Assembly (NCBI GenBank): GCA_963798845.1 | Contig: CAWCUS010000006.1 | Location: 640,001-704,000 of the forward strand | Direction: 5' to 3' | Origin: an uncultured Gemmatimonadales bacterium | GTDB lineage: Bacteria; Gemmatimonadota; Gemmatimonadetes; Longimicrobiales; RSA9 | Length of the DNA: 64,000 bases | Shown here: piece by piece, positions 19,581-28,774 of the stretch | How the letters are laid out: the number at the start of each line of letters is the position of its first letter | Position numbering within the stretch: position 1 is the stretch's first letter | Notes under the pieces: generated by a model | The model's input: only the letters and a program-made list of their open reading frames with translations | Told to the model about the DNA's origin: nothing | Database searches by the model: none | Program-made: the position numbers and the translations under genes

Positions 19581-20867
19581 ATGACGTTGTTCCGTTCCGT
19601 GTTCCTCGCCGTGTTCATCGGCACGGCGCTGCTCGTGGCGGCATTCCTCATCAACGCGCGCCGGCCCCGGCTGGAGGTGGAGCAGCCGTCACCGGAGCTG
19701 GTGGCGGCGACGGGGAAGTGTGCGTCGTGCCACCGGGAGGAGACGGCGGCGATCGTGCTGGAGTACGAGCGGAGCAAGCACGCGCGGGTGGGCACGACGT
19801 GCCTGGACTGCCATCAGCCGGCGGAGGGGCAGGTCGGTTTGGAGCACAACGGGTTCGTGATCGCGACGACGGTGACCGCGCTGAATTGCGAGCAGTGCCA
19901 TGCGACGCAGTACCGGGAGTACCTGCGCAGCCGGCACGCGGCGCCGGCGTACGCGGCGATCCACGGCGCCGCGCCGTTCACGGCGGAGCAGGTGGCGTTC
20001 GCGGAGCGCTACCATCCGGGTGCGGTGGAGCGGGCGCCTAATCCGCTGACCAAGCTGGAGGGGGAGAGCGCGGTGCAGTCCGGGTGCGAGGCGTGCCACT
20101 CGGTGGGGAAGCCGAACGCGGACGGGAGCCTCGGGTCGTGCACGGTGTGCCACGGGCGTCACATGGCGTCGGTGGCGCTGGCGCGGCAGCCGCGCACGTG
20201 CGGGCAGTGTCACCTGGGACCGGACCACTCGCAGATCGAGATCTACGAGGAGTCGAAGCACGGGGTGCTGTTCGAATCGCAGCGGTCGGAGATGAACCTG
20301 GAAGCGGATCCGATGACGCTGACGGTGGCGGACATGCCCGTGCCTACGTGCAGCACGTGTCACATGAGCGGGCTGGGCGGAGCGAGCATGACGCACGACG
20401 TGACGGAGCGGCTGAGCTACTGGCTGTTCGCCGAGGTGAGCGAGCGGCGGCCCACGTACCTGCAGGGGCAGGCGAACATGAAGGAGATGTGCGCCAACTG
20501 CCACACGCAGGTGCACACCGACACGTTCTACGTGCAGGCGGAGCAGGTCGTCGCCTCCACGAACCAGAAGGTGAACGAGGCGCAGGAGATCATGAAAGGG
20601 CTGCGGGCGGACGGGCTGCTGACGCCGGAGCCGTTCGACGAGCCGATCGAGTTCACGTACTTCAACTACTGGCACTATTTCGGGCGGACGGCCAAGCACG
20701 CCGCTTTCATGGGCGGTCCGGACTACGTGCAGTGGCACGGCAACTACGAGCTGCTGACGAACCTGGTGGAGCTGAAGGCCCAGGCGGCGGAGCTTCGGCG
20801 CGAACACGGCGGCGGAGCCGGCGGGTCTGGCGGAGAGGGCGCCGCGGCGGGCAGGGAGGGAAGGTGA
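19581..20867 (+). CDS. Octaheme c-type cytochrome, hydroxylamine oxidoreductase (HAO) family
   Basis: N-terminal TM anchor; 8 CxxCH motifs (CASCH, CLDCH, CEQCH, CEACH, CTVCH, CGQCH, CSTCH, CANCH); CGQCHLGPDH..IEIYEESKHG; C-terminal AFMGGPDYVQWHG. Confidence 0.85.
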   Translation: MTLFRSVFLAVFIGTALLVAAFLINARRPRLEVEQPSPELVAATGKCASCHREETAAIVLEYERSKHARVGTTCLDCHQPAEGQVGLEHNGFVIATTVTALNCEQCHATQYREYLRSRHAAPAYAAIHGAAPFTAEQVAFAERYHPGAVERAPNPLTKLEGESAVQSGCEACHSVGKPNADGSLGSCTVCHGRHMASVALARQPRTCGQCHLGPDHSQIEIYEESKHGVLFESQRSEMNLEADPMTLTVADMPVPTCSTCHMSGLGGASMTHDVTERLSYWLFAEVSERRPTYLQGQANMKEMCANCHTQVHTDTFYVQAEQVVASTNQKVNEAQEIMKGLRADGLLTPEPFDEPIEFTYFNYWHYFGRTAKHAAFMGGPDYVQWHGNYELLTNLVELKAQAAELRREHGGGAGGSGGEGAAAGREGR

Positions 20868-21847
20868 GATCGGAGCGTCGCCGGGCGCCCCGGGCGCCCC
20901 GGGCGCCGGCGGCATACGGGGCGGCGCCGGGGGATGAGGCCGTGCCGGTCCCTTCGCGGTCGCACTGGATCGGGTTCTCCGCCGCTCGCCCTTTCCTCGT
21001 CGAGGTGTTCATCGCGCTGAACTTCTCGTTCCTTGCGCTGGACATCTTCGTTGCGCACTCCGTGAACGCGTTCCGGAATCCGGCCGAGTGGATCCCGCTG
21101 GGCTACACGCTGGCGGCGGCGGTGGCCATTTTGGTCAATCTCTCCGTCTCGTCACCGGTGCGAGGAATGATCGGAAGGGGCGCCCATGCGGCCGGTGCGG
21201 GGGTACGCTCGTTCCGGGCGGGATCCGGGTGGTGGACGGGCGTGGTGGTCGGGTCACTCGGCGTGGCGGTGGGCGTGGCCGGAATGCTCTGGCACCTGCG
21301 CAGCAACTTCTTCCAGGAGATGACGCTCCGGAGCCTGGTCTATTCGGCTCCGTTCGTCGCACCCCTCGCGTTTACGGGGCTGGGCCTGGTCCTGCTCGCC
21401 AACCGCCTCGTGCCGGTGCGGTCGCTGGAGTGGGGGCAATGGGTCCTGGTGCTGGCGTGGGGCGGGTTCGGCGGGAACTTCCTCCTCTCCCTCCTGGATC
21501 ACGCGCAGAACGGGTTCTTCTATGCCGCCGAGTGGGCGCCGGTGATCGTGGCGGCGCTGGTCATGGGCTGGCTCCTCGTCCCGATCTTCCTGCCGACGCC
21601 CCCGCTGTTCCTGCGGCTCACCCTGGGGCTCCTGGGCGTGGCCGGGATCACCGGTGTGGTGGGCTTCGTGCTCCACGTCTACCCCGCCGTGACCGACAGC
21701 GTGGCCACGCTGCGGGAGCGCATCATCTACGGCGCGCCGATCTTCGCACCCCTCCTTTTCCCCAACCTCGCCCTGCTGGCAGGGATCGGGGTGTGGGACA
21801 TCCGGGAGAAAGGCTGGGTCACTGGCGCCGCGACGACGGCGGAATGA
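20864..21847 (+). CDS. Polytopic membrane protein (about 8 TM, internal duplication) coupled to the octaheme cytochrome
   Basis: GTGA overlap with cytochrome stop; two similar halves, each with H..N.F...AEW.P, G...H and Y.AP..APL. Confidence 0.75.
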   Translation: MRSERRRAPRAPRAPAAYGAAPGDEAVPVPSRSHWIGFSAARPFLVEVFIALNFSFLALDIFVAHSVNAFRNPAEWIPLGYTLAAAVAILVNLSVSSPVRGMIGRGAHAAGAGVRSFRAGSGWWTGVVVGSLGVAVGVAGMLWHLRSNFFQEMTLRSLVYSAPFVAPLAFTGLGLVLLANRLVPVRSLEWGQWVLVLAWGGFGGNFLLSLLDHAQNGFFYAAEWAPVIVAALVMGWLLVPIFLPTPPLFLRLTLGLLGVAGITGVVGFVLHVYPAVTDSVATLRERIIYGAPIFAPLLFPNLALLAGIGVWDIREKGWVTGAATTAE

Positions 21848-21856
21848 CCTGGACGA

Positions 21857-21891
21857 AAGGGGGCCGGGCGACGAGAGCGCCCGGCCCCCTT
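21857..21891 (-). terminator. Intrinsic terminator between convergent genes
   Basis: 14-bp stem aagggggccgggcg / cgcccggccccctt with 7-nt loop. Confidence 0.7.
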
Positions 21892-21913
21892 CCGAATGGC
21901 CAGGTGGAAGCGC

Positions 21914-22174
21914 TCAGACCTTCTTCACGTGCTGGTTGACCAGCTTCGTCATCTCGAACATCGAGACCTGGTTCTGCCCGTTGAAGATCGGTCGCAGGGT
22001 GTCATCCGCATTGATCATCCGCCGATTCTGCGCGTCCTGGAGATTGTGCTTCTTCACGTAGTCCCAAACCTTCTTCGTGATCTCACTGCGCGTCATCGGC
22101 TCGCTGCCCACCACTTTCCCGAGCTGGGCGTCCGGCTGCACCTTCTGCGCGAGTCCACCGCGTGCCTTGGCCAT
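21914..22174 (-). CDS. Stand-alone SWIB/MDM2-domain protein
   Basis: LGKVVGSEPMTRSEITKKVWDYVKKHNLQDAQNRRMINADDTLRPIF...SMFEMTKLVNQH; SD GGAGGA. Confidence 0.9.
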   Translation of the reverse strand: MAKARGGLAQKVQPDAQLGKVVGSEPMTRSEITKKVWDYVKKHNLQDAQNRRMINADDTLRPIFNGQNQVSMFEMTKLVNQHVKKV

Positions 22175-22299
22175 TCCATCTTCCTCCGTCTGGTGTGTCG
22201 TCTGGGGGGATCTCCCGCCGTCCAAGCTACGTCGATCCGCCACCGGCGCAATGCTCCTGCCGTGGCTGCGGTGTCCGTGACCGCCCGTCGACTGTCTCC

Positions 22300-22542
22300 C
22301 TAGAAATGGTCGAGGCGGAGGAAGAGCGTGGCACCCCGGGCGGTCCCATCGCCGTCGAAATCGTAAGTCACGCCCTCTCGCCGCAGCGTCAGGTATGCGT
22401 TATCCAGCGCCATGGCGAACGCCACGTCCGCCCCGCTGTCCGGGTGCAGGACCAGCCTGTCTCCGTTCACGTCGGAGGTGCCGGTGTCCCGGGTCGTCCC
22501 CGTCACCTCGGTCAGGCGAGTGGTGGAGAGCCCTGCGGCCAC
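22300..22542 (-). pseudogene. Short beta-rich ORF, possibly the C-terminal remnant of a lipocalin-like secreted protein
   Basis: DTGT..VNGDRLVL...LTLRRE..YDFDGDG...ATL.L.L; no signal peptide; in-frame stop about 14 codons upstream. Confidence 0.35.
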
Positions 22543-22600
22543 AACGGCCCGGACGGGGAAGGTGACCCCGTCCGGCCGGCGCGGTCAACCTCGCAGCCGT

Positions 22601-23215
22601 CTAGAAGGCGATGCCGACCCGGACTCGGAAGGCCGGATCGCTGTCGGCGACGGTGGAGACCACGATCGCGCCGCCGACGTAGAACGGGAAGACCGCCAGC
22701 GTCGCCCCGGCCTCCGCCTGGAACTCGTTCGAGGTCCCGGTCCGGTCGTGGCCGAAGGCGTCGGAAAAGGCCTCCCGGACCCACAGGTACTGCGGCAGCG
22801 CGTACACCGTGGCGCTGTAGCCGCGCATCGCGAGCGTCTTGCCGATCCCGATCCCGAGGGGGATCCCGTAGCGGTGCTGGATGCCCGGCCCCGGCTCGCT
22901 CACGTAAACAATGCCGCCCACGGCGCACACGGAGGGCTCGACGAGGAAGAAGTCGTAGCTGGCGAGGGCGCTGAAGGTACGGGCGTCGCCGTCGCCGACC
23001 GACGAGTATCCGAAGCGGAAGGCTGTCGGCCCGGAGACATCGGCCGCGAACTCGCCGCCGTAGACCGGGTCACCCTCGCCCAGGTCGACCACGGCGTTCA
23101 CGGCGACATCACCATCACGGGTCGGAAGGCCGAGACAGCTCTGGGCCGAAGCTCTGGCCGACAGCAGCGCGAGCGCGGCCGCGGTGACGGCGACCGCGGT
23201 GATCACCTTGTCCAT
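22601..23215 (-). CDS. Hypothetical secreted / outer membrane beta-barrel protein
   Basis: Signal peptide MDKVITAVAVTAAALALLSARASAQ; alternating beta strands; terminal RVGIAF; SD GAGGAG. Confidence 0.7.
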   Translation of the reverse strand: MDKVITAVAVTAAALALLSARASAQSCLGLPTRDGDVAVNAVVDLGEGDPVYGGEFAADVSGPTAFRFGYSSVGDGDARTFSALASYDFFLVEPSVCAVGGIVYVSEPGPGIQHRYGIPLGIGIGKTLAMRGYSATVYALPQYLWVREAFSDAFGHDRTGTSNEFQAEAGATLAVFPFYVGGAIVVSTVADSDPAFRVRVGIAF

Positions 23216-23307
23216 CGGGGACGCTCCTCTCTCTTCCTCTGGTAGTGGAACCTCGCACATGATAGCGGCCCCTCCGCCCGGTTTGTTCCCGACCTCCCCT
23301 CGTCCGT

Positions 23308-24108
23308 TCACGCCTTCGGTCCGCGCGGACCCCCGGGCTCGTGGTCCTCGCGCCGGCGCAGCAGAAGGACCAGCCAGCCGACCACGAAGATGGTGGCGAA
23401 GCTGAACCACTGGATCGCGTACGAAAGGTGCGGGCCCTGACCGAGTTCCGGCGGCTCCGCGCGGATCGGGAGACTCGGCCTCGCCGCACTCGCCGGCAGC
23501 GCGCCAGGGCCGCTTCCGGCCGCCGCCCCGCCTCCGCTCCCGGCGGGGAGTGGCGAGGTGGCGAGCAGGTAGAGCGGCGCCACCGGGTACGGGTACTGGC
23601 GACGGATCGCGTCGCCCGCGAGTCGAAACCAGCGCGTGCGGAAGCCCTCCGGCGGAACGTCGACCTGGATATCGGGGAACGGGAGGAGAATGCCCTCCAG
23701 CCGCACCGGTCCCTCCACCCTGAAGTCGTGGAGGTCCACCGTCGCGGCATCCGCGGCCGGTGCCCACCCCCGGTTGACCAGCACCGCGCCGCCCGCGACG
23801 CGGAGCGGCGAATAGATGTGGACGCCCGGCATTTCGTCGTGGCTGCGCCCGGCCAGCACCAGCGAGCGGTCGTCGTCGTATTCTCCCTCCAGGATGGCGC
23901 GTCGGAACGTGAGGCCGGCGGTGTCCCGGATCGCGCGCGAAAGGGTGACGGGATCCCCGGCCATGCGCGCGCTCACGACGGCGTTGTGCGCCAGGCGGCC
24001 TTCCCGACGGTGCAGCTGCCAGATTCCCAGCCGGACGCAGATCGCCGCGACCACGAACACGCCAAGCGTTCCGAAGACGCCGGAACGCGTGATCTCAAGG
24101 GAACGCAT
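23308..24108 (-). CDS. SURF1 family protein
   Basis: LGIWQLHR, VLVNRGW, HLSYAIQWFSFA; TM helices at both ends. Confidence 0.9.
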   Translation of the reverse strand: MRSLEITRSGVFGTLGVFVVAAICVRLGIWQLHRREGRLAHNAVVSARMAGDPVTLSRAIRDTAGLTFRRAILEGEYDDDRSLVLAGRSHDEMPGVHIYSPLRVAGGAVLVNRGWAPAADAATVDLHDFRVEGPVRLEGILLPFPDIQVDVPPEGFRTRWFRLAGDAIRRQYPYPVAPLYLLATSPLPAGSGGGAAAGSGPGALPASAARPSLPIRAEPPELGQGPHLSYAIQWFSFATIFVVGWLVLLLRRREDHEPGGPRGPKA

Positions 24109-24290
24109 GGTCTCTCCGATCGGATGTCTCGACACCGGTCAACATACGGGCGCCGACCGGGAGCCGGCACCGGCAGCTGGTTTTCCCGGGCACATGGGCG
24201 AAGGGCGTGCGCCGCCAGGTCGAGGTGCGCGGTGTTTGCATGGTGGGTACGTTCGCACCGGGATCAACGCAGGAGGCTCGATTGGGAAGC

Positions 24291-25673
24291 ATGCGGAGCG
24301 TGAACCCCGCGACAGCGGAGGTGATGGAAACGTACGAGACGCTGAGCGAGCGCGAGCTGGAGGAGAAGCTGTCCCGAGCCGAAGCCGCCTTCGTCGACTA
24401 CCGCAAGACGTCGTTCCAGGCTCGCGCCGGCTGGCTGCGGCGTGCGGCGGACGTGCTGGACGCCGACAGCGAACGGTGGGGGACCCTCATGACGCGCGAG
24501 ATGGGGAAGCCGCTCGCGGCGGCGGTCTCCGAAGCGGAGAAATGCGCCTGGGTCTGCCGGTACTACGCTGACCATGGAGCGCAATTCCTGGCCGACGAGA
24601 TGGTGGAGGCGGCCGCCGATGCCAGCCTCGTACGGTATCAGCCGCTGGGACCGGTGCTCGCCGTCATGCCGTGGAATTTTCCGTTCTGGCAGCTCTTCCG
24701 TTTCGCGGCGCCGGCGCTCATGGCCGGCAACGTGGGCCTGCTGAAGCACGCGTCCAACGTGCCCGCGTGCGCTCTGGCCATCGAGGAGATCCTGCGTCGC
24801 GCCGGCTTCCCCGATGCCGCCTTTCAGACGCTCCTCCTGGAGTCGGACCGCGTCGCGTCGGTGGTCGAAGACCCGCGCGTCCGCGCGGTCACGCTGACGG
24901 GCAGCGAGGCCGCGGGAGCCGCGGTGGCGAGCACCGCCGGGCAGCGGATCAAGAAGACGGTGCTGGAGCTGGGCGGAAGTGATCCGTTCGTTGTGATGCC
25001 GACCTCGGATCTGGCCGCGGCGGTGGAGACGGCCGTCACGGCCAGGCACATCAACAACGGCCAGAGCTGCATCGCGGCCAAGCGGTTCATCGTGCACGAG
25101 GCCGTGGCCGCGGAGTTCATCGCGGGGTTCGTCCGCAGGACGGAGGCGCTGACGGTGGGCGACCCGATGGATCCCGGCACCGACGTGGGCCCCCTCGCCA
25201 CCGAAAAGATCCGCGACGACCTGGCCGACCAGGTGGAGCGGACCGTCAACGCCGGGGCGACGCTCCGGACGGGCGGCACCGCCCCGGACCGCCCAGGCTG
25301 GTTCTATGCACCGACGGTGCTCACCGACGTCCCCACCGACAGCGCCGCCGCCGCGGAGGAAACGTTCGGCCCCCTGGCGGCCATCTTCACCGTGCGGTCG
25401 CTTGACGAGGCGATCGATGTGGCGAACCGGACGGAGTTCGGGCTGGGCGCCAGCGCGTGGACGCGGGAGCCCCGCGAGCGGGACGCCTTCCTGGACCGCC
25501 TGGAGGCGGGCGCGGTTTTCGTCAACCGCATGGTCGCCAGCGATCCTCGCCTGCCGTTCGGCGGGATCAAGCGGAGCGGCTACGGCCGCGAGCTCGCCCG
25601 CGTGGGGATCCGGGAGTTCGTGAATATCAAGACCCTGTCCGTGGACGGAGTGACCGAAGGGCTCGGCGCCTGA
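24291..25673 (+). CDS. NAD(P)-dependent succinate-semialdehyde dehydrogenase (Sad/GabD1 type)
   Basis: MPWNFP, LKHASNVP, TLTGS, LELGGSDP, NNGQSCIAAKR, EETFGP, FGGIKRSGYGREL; alternative TTG start at 24282. Confidence 0.9.
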   Translation: MRSVNPATAEVMETYETLSERELEEKLSRAEAAFVDYRKTSFQARAGWLRRAADVLDADSERWGTLMTREMGKPLAAAVSEAEKCAWVCRYYADHGAQFLADEMVEAAADASLVRYQPLGPVLAVMPWNFPFWQLFRFAAPALMAGNVGLLKHASNVPACALAIEEILRRAGFPDAAFQTLLLESDRVASVVEDPRVRAVTLTGSEAAGAAVASTAGQRIKKTVLELGGSDPFVVMPTSDLAAAVETAVTARHINNGQSCIAAKRFIVHEAVAAEFIAGFVRRTEALTVGDPMDPGTDVGPLATEKIRDDLADQVERTVNAGATLRTGGTAPDRPGWFYAPTVLTDVPTDSAAAAEETFGPLAAIFTVRSLDEAIDVANRTEFGLGASAWTREPRERDAFLDRLEAGAVFVNRMVASDPRLPFGGIKRSGYGRELARVGIREFVNIKTLSVDGVTEGLGA

Positions 25674-25753
25674 CCGGCTGACCGTGCGCCGGCCGGCGCC
25701 GGTGCGGCTCCCATCTCGCTCTAGGGATGCGCGGCGACCGCGCAAGCGCAAGA

Positions 25754-25780
25754 AGGGCCGGGGACCCCGTCCCCGACCCT
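25754..25780 (-). terminator. Hairpin downstream of lon and SSADH (convergent)
   Basis: 12-bp stem agggccggggac / gtccccgaccct (the one mismatch is G-U on the minus strand), followed by TCTT on minus. Confidence 0.5.
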
Positions 25781-25824
25781 CCTTCGACTCCCATTTCCCG
25801 CGTGCCACCGCACCGGCCAGTGGA

Positions 25825-28449
25825 TCAGTGCAGCCCTGGCTCCGTCGTGGAACGGGGCTCGTGCACGAGCGCGCCCTCCGCGAAGGTGAGCGTTCCGTCC
25901 TGGAGACGCGCCCCGCGGAGTGCCAGCGCCAGGACCTCGCCGAGGTCTTCCGCGAAGTGGAACTCGATCTGGTCGCGGGCTTCGACCGGCAGGTCGTCCA
26001 CGTCCGGCTCGTTGTCCCGCGGCAGGATCACGGTTCGTATGCCGGCGCGGAACGCGCCCAGCACCTTCTCCTTCACGCCGCCGATGGGCAGCACGCGCCC
26101 GGTGAGCGTGATCTCCCCCGTCATGGCGACATCGTTGCGCACGGGGCGCGCGGACAGTGCCGAGACCACGGACGTGGCCATGGCCACACCGGCCGAGGGC
26201 CCGTCCTTCGGCACCGCCCCTGCCGGCACGTGGATGTGGAGCTCCGTGTCGCGCAGCTGCTCGGCCGAGATCCCGAGTCGGTCGGCGTGCGTCTTCGCGT
26301 AGGTGAGCGCCGCCCGAGCCGACTCCTTCATGACGTCCCCCAGCTGGCCCGTCAGGATCAGCTTGTCCTTCCCCCGCGAGGCGCTGGTCTCCACGAACAT
26401 GATGTCACCGCCCATGGGCGTGTAGTACATCCCGGTGGCCACGCCGACGGTATCCACCGTCGCGGCCTCCTCCGGGTGCACCCGCGGCCGGCCGAGGAGC
26501 GGCTGGATGTCCTCCGTGTCGAGATGGACCACCCCGCTCTCCCCTCCAGCGATGCGACGCGCGGCCTTGCGCGCCAGCTTCCCCAGCTCGCGCTCCAGCT
26601 GGCGCACGCCCGCCTCCCGCGTGTATTCGCTGATCACGCGCAGGATGGTGTCATCCGTGACCTCGAGCTTGTCCTCGTCCAGCCCGTTCTCGTCGCGCTG
26701 CCGCGGCAGCAGGTAGCGCTTCGCGATCTCCAGCTTCTCCCGCTCCGTGTACCCGCTGAAGTCCACGAGCTCCATCCGGTCCTGGAGCGGCGCCGGAATC
26801 CGGTCCTGGTAGTTCGCCGTGGCGATGAACAGCACTTCGGAGAGGTCGAATGGCATTCCCAGGTAGTGGTCCACGAACTGGAAGTTCTGCGCGGGGTCGA
26901 GGACCTCGAGCAGCGCCGCCGACGGATCGCCCTGGAGCGAGACGCCGAGCTTGTCCACCTCGTCCAGCAGGAACACGGGGTTCTTCGTCCCCGACTGCTT
27001 CAGCCCCTGGATGATGCGGCCCGGCATGGCGCCCACGTACGTCCGCCTGTGCCCGCGGATGTCCGCTTCGTCTCGCGCGCCGCCCAGGGCGATGCGGACG
27101 TACTTCCGGCCGAGCGCCCGGGCGATGGACTTGGCGATGGACGTCTTGCCCACGCCGGGAGGCCCCACGAAGAGCAGGATCGGACCCTTGCCCACCGCAC
27201 GTGACCGCGCCTTCTCCGGGTCCTCGGGCGCTTCCTCCTCGATCGACGACTTCCGCTCCCTGTTCGGCGCGGGGATCTCTCCGCCCTCGACCGCCCCCGT
27301 GCTGGCCACTGCCGGCGCGTCGACGGATTCCATACCGGGATCCGGCGCAGCCTCGGCCTCGGCCGCCGCCTCTTCCTCCTCGGCGTCCTGTTCCGCTTCC
27401 TGCGCTTCCCGCTCCGCGCGCTCCATCTGAAGCTTCCGCACCGCCAGGAACTCGATGACCCGGTCCTTCACATCCTCCAGCCCGTAGTGGTCCTCGTCCA
27501 GGATGCGCTCCGCCCGGTCCAGGACGATGGCGTCCTCGGTCCGGTTGTTCCACGGCAGCTCCGTCACCCAGTCCAGATACGTGCGGATCACCTGGTACTC
27601 CGCCGACTGCGGGTGCGTGCGACGGAGACGGTTCAACTCCCGGTCTGCCTCCTGCCTGGCCGCTTCCGGCAGATCCAGCGCGTCCAGCTTCTGGCGCAGC
27701 TCCTCCGCCTCGTTCTCCGCGTCCTCTTCCCCCAGCTCCTTCTGGATCGCCTTCAGCTGCTCGCGCAGCACCATCTCCCGCTGCTTCTCACCGAGCTCCT
27801 GCTGCACCCTCTGCTGGATCTCTTCCTGCGCTTCCAGTCGGACGAGATCGCGCTCCACCGAAAGGAGGACCTGCCGCATCCGGCTCTCCACAGGCAGCAT
27901 CTCGAGAAGCTCCTGCTTCTCAGTGGCCGGCACTTCCAGGTAGAACGCCACCATGTCTGCGAAGCGGCCGGGATCCTCGATCCCCTCCACCAGCTGCTGG
28001 AGCGCCTCGTCCGGGATCCCGCGACGGCGGCCCAGCTCCACCGAGCGGTCCCTGAGCTCGCGATCCAGCGCCTTGTAGGCGGGATCCTCGGGATTCCAGA
28101 CCGGCTGGTCCTCCACGACACGGACGACCGCCTCCAGTCCCCGCTCCCCTTCCGGCGCGGCCTCCAGGGAGCGAGCGCGCTGTTCGCCCTGGATCAGTAG
28201 CTGCAGCCCACCCCGGACACGCTGCGCCTGGACCACGCGCACGATCACCCCGAAGTCGTGCAGGATCTCAGGGGTCGGATCGTCCTCGTTCTCGCGCTGG
28301 CAGACCGCGAACATCCTGCGGTCCCCGTTCATCGCCTTCTGTATCGCCTCGACGGTACCGGGCCGACCCGCGCTGATCGGAACGGTCACGCCGGGAAAGA
28401 CCACCGTCTCGCGCAGTGGCAACACCGGCAACCTGATGCGATCACCCAT
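25825..28449 (-). CDS. lon: Lon protease
   Basis: LPVLPLR N-domain, GPPGVGKTS, LLDEVDK, catalytic PKDGPSAG and GGVKEK. Confidence 0.97.
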   Translation of the reverse strand: MGDRIRLPVLPLRETVVFPGVTVPISAGRPGTVEAIQKAMNGDRRMFAVCQRENEDDPTPEILHDFGVIVRVVQAQRVRGGLQLLIQGEQRARSLEAAPEGERGLEAVVRVVEDQPVWNPEDPAYKALDRELRDRSVELGRRRGIPDEALQQLVEGIEDPGRFADMVAFYLEVPATEKQELLEMLPVESRMRQVLLSVERDLVRLEAQEEIQQRVQQELGEKQREMVLREQLKAIQKELGEEDAENEAEELRQKLDALDLPEAARQEADRELNRLRRTHPQSAEYQVIRTYLDWVTELPWNNRTEDAIVLDRAERILDEDHYGLEDVKDRVIEFLAVRKLQMERAEREAQEAEQDAEEEEAAAEAEAAPDPGMESVDAPAVASTGAVEGGEIPAPNRERKSSIEEEAPEDPEKARSRAVGKGPILLFVGPPGVGKTSIAKSIARALGRKYVRIALGGARDEADIRGHRRTYVGAMPGRIIQGLKQSGTKNPVFLLDEVDKLGVSLQGDPSAALLEVLDPAQNFQFVDHYLGMPFDLSEVLFIATANYQDRIPAPLQDRMELVDFSGYTEREKLEIAKRYLLPRQRDENGLDEDKLEVTDDTILRVISEYTREAGVRQLERELGKLARKAARRIAGGESGVVHLDTEDIQPLLGRPRVHPEEAATVDTVGVATGMYYTPMGGDIMFVETSASRGKDKLILTGQLGDVMKESARAALTYAKTHADRLGISAEQLRDTELHIHVPAGAVPKDGPSAGVAMATSVVSALSARPVRNDVAMTGEITLTGRVLPIGGVKEKVLGAFRAGIRTVILPRDNEPDVDDLPVEARDQIEFHFAEDLGEVLALALRGARLQDGTLTFAEGALVHEPRSTTEPGLH

Positions 28450-28570
28450 TTCGTCTTCCTTCCCGCTGATTGCTCTCGCGAGCCCCCGCCACCGATCGTA
28501 CCGCGGATCCTCGCCTCACAACGCTTTCCCTGCCGTTTCGAACGGAGGGCGCGCCCACCGCCCCTATTAA

Positions 28571-28586
28571 AGCAGCATGCTTGCCA
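28571..28586 (-). promoter_or_regulatory. Putative sigma54 (-24/-12) promoter of lon
   Basis: TGGCAAGCATGCTGCT on minus strand (GG-N10-GC), followed by AT-rich TTAATA. Confidence 0.6.
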
Positions 28587-28774
28587 GCGAGCGGGCGGAC
28601 ACCGGTTCTTCCCGTCAGGACGCCCTTCGCCTCTCATGCTACCCGGAACACGGCCGTACGCTCCCGCTGTCCGCCGCCCGCCTAATTGGCGCCCGAGCGA
28701 AGGCCTCTGCCGCTATGACAGCGGGGTGGCTTGTAGCGGGGCCGGCCACGCGGCACATTGGAGGCGGAGGAGCC

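Noticed and set aside
27190..27430. Intein in Lon
   Set aside because: No N-terminal Cys/Ser block and no His-Asn terminus; the sequence is low-complexity acidic
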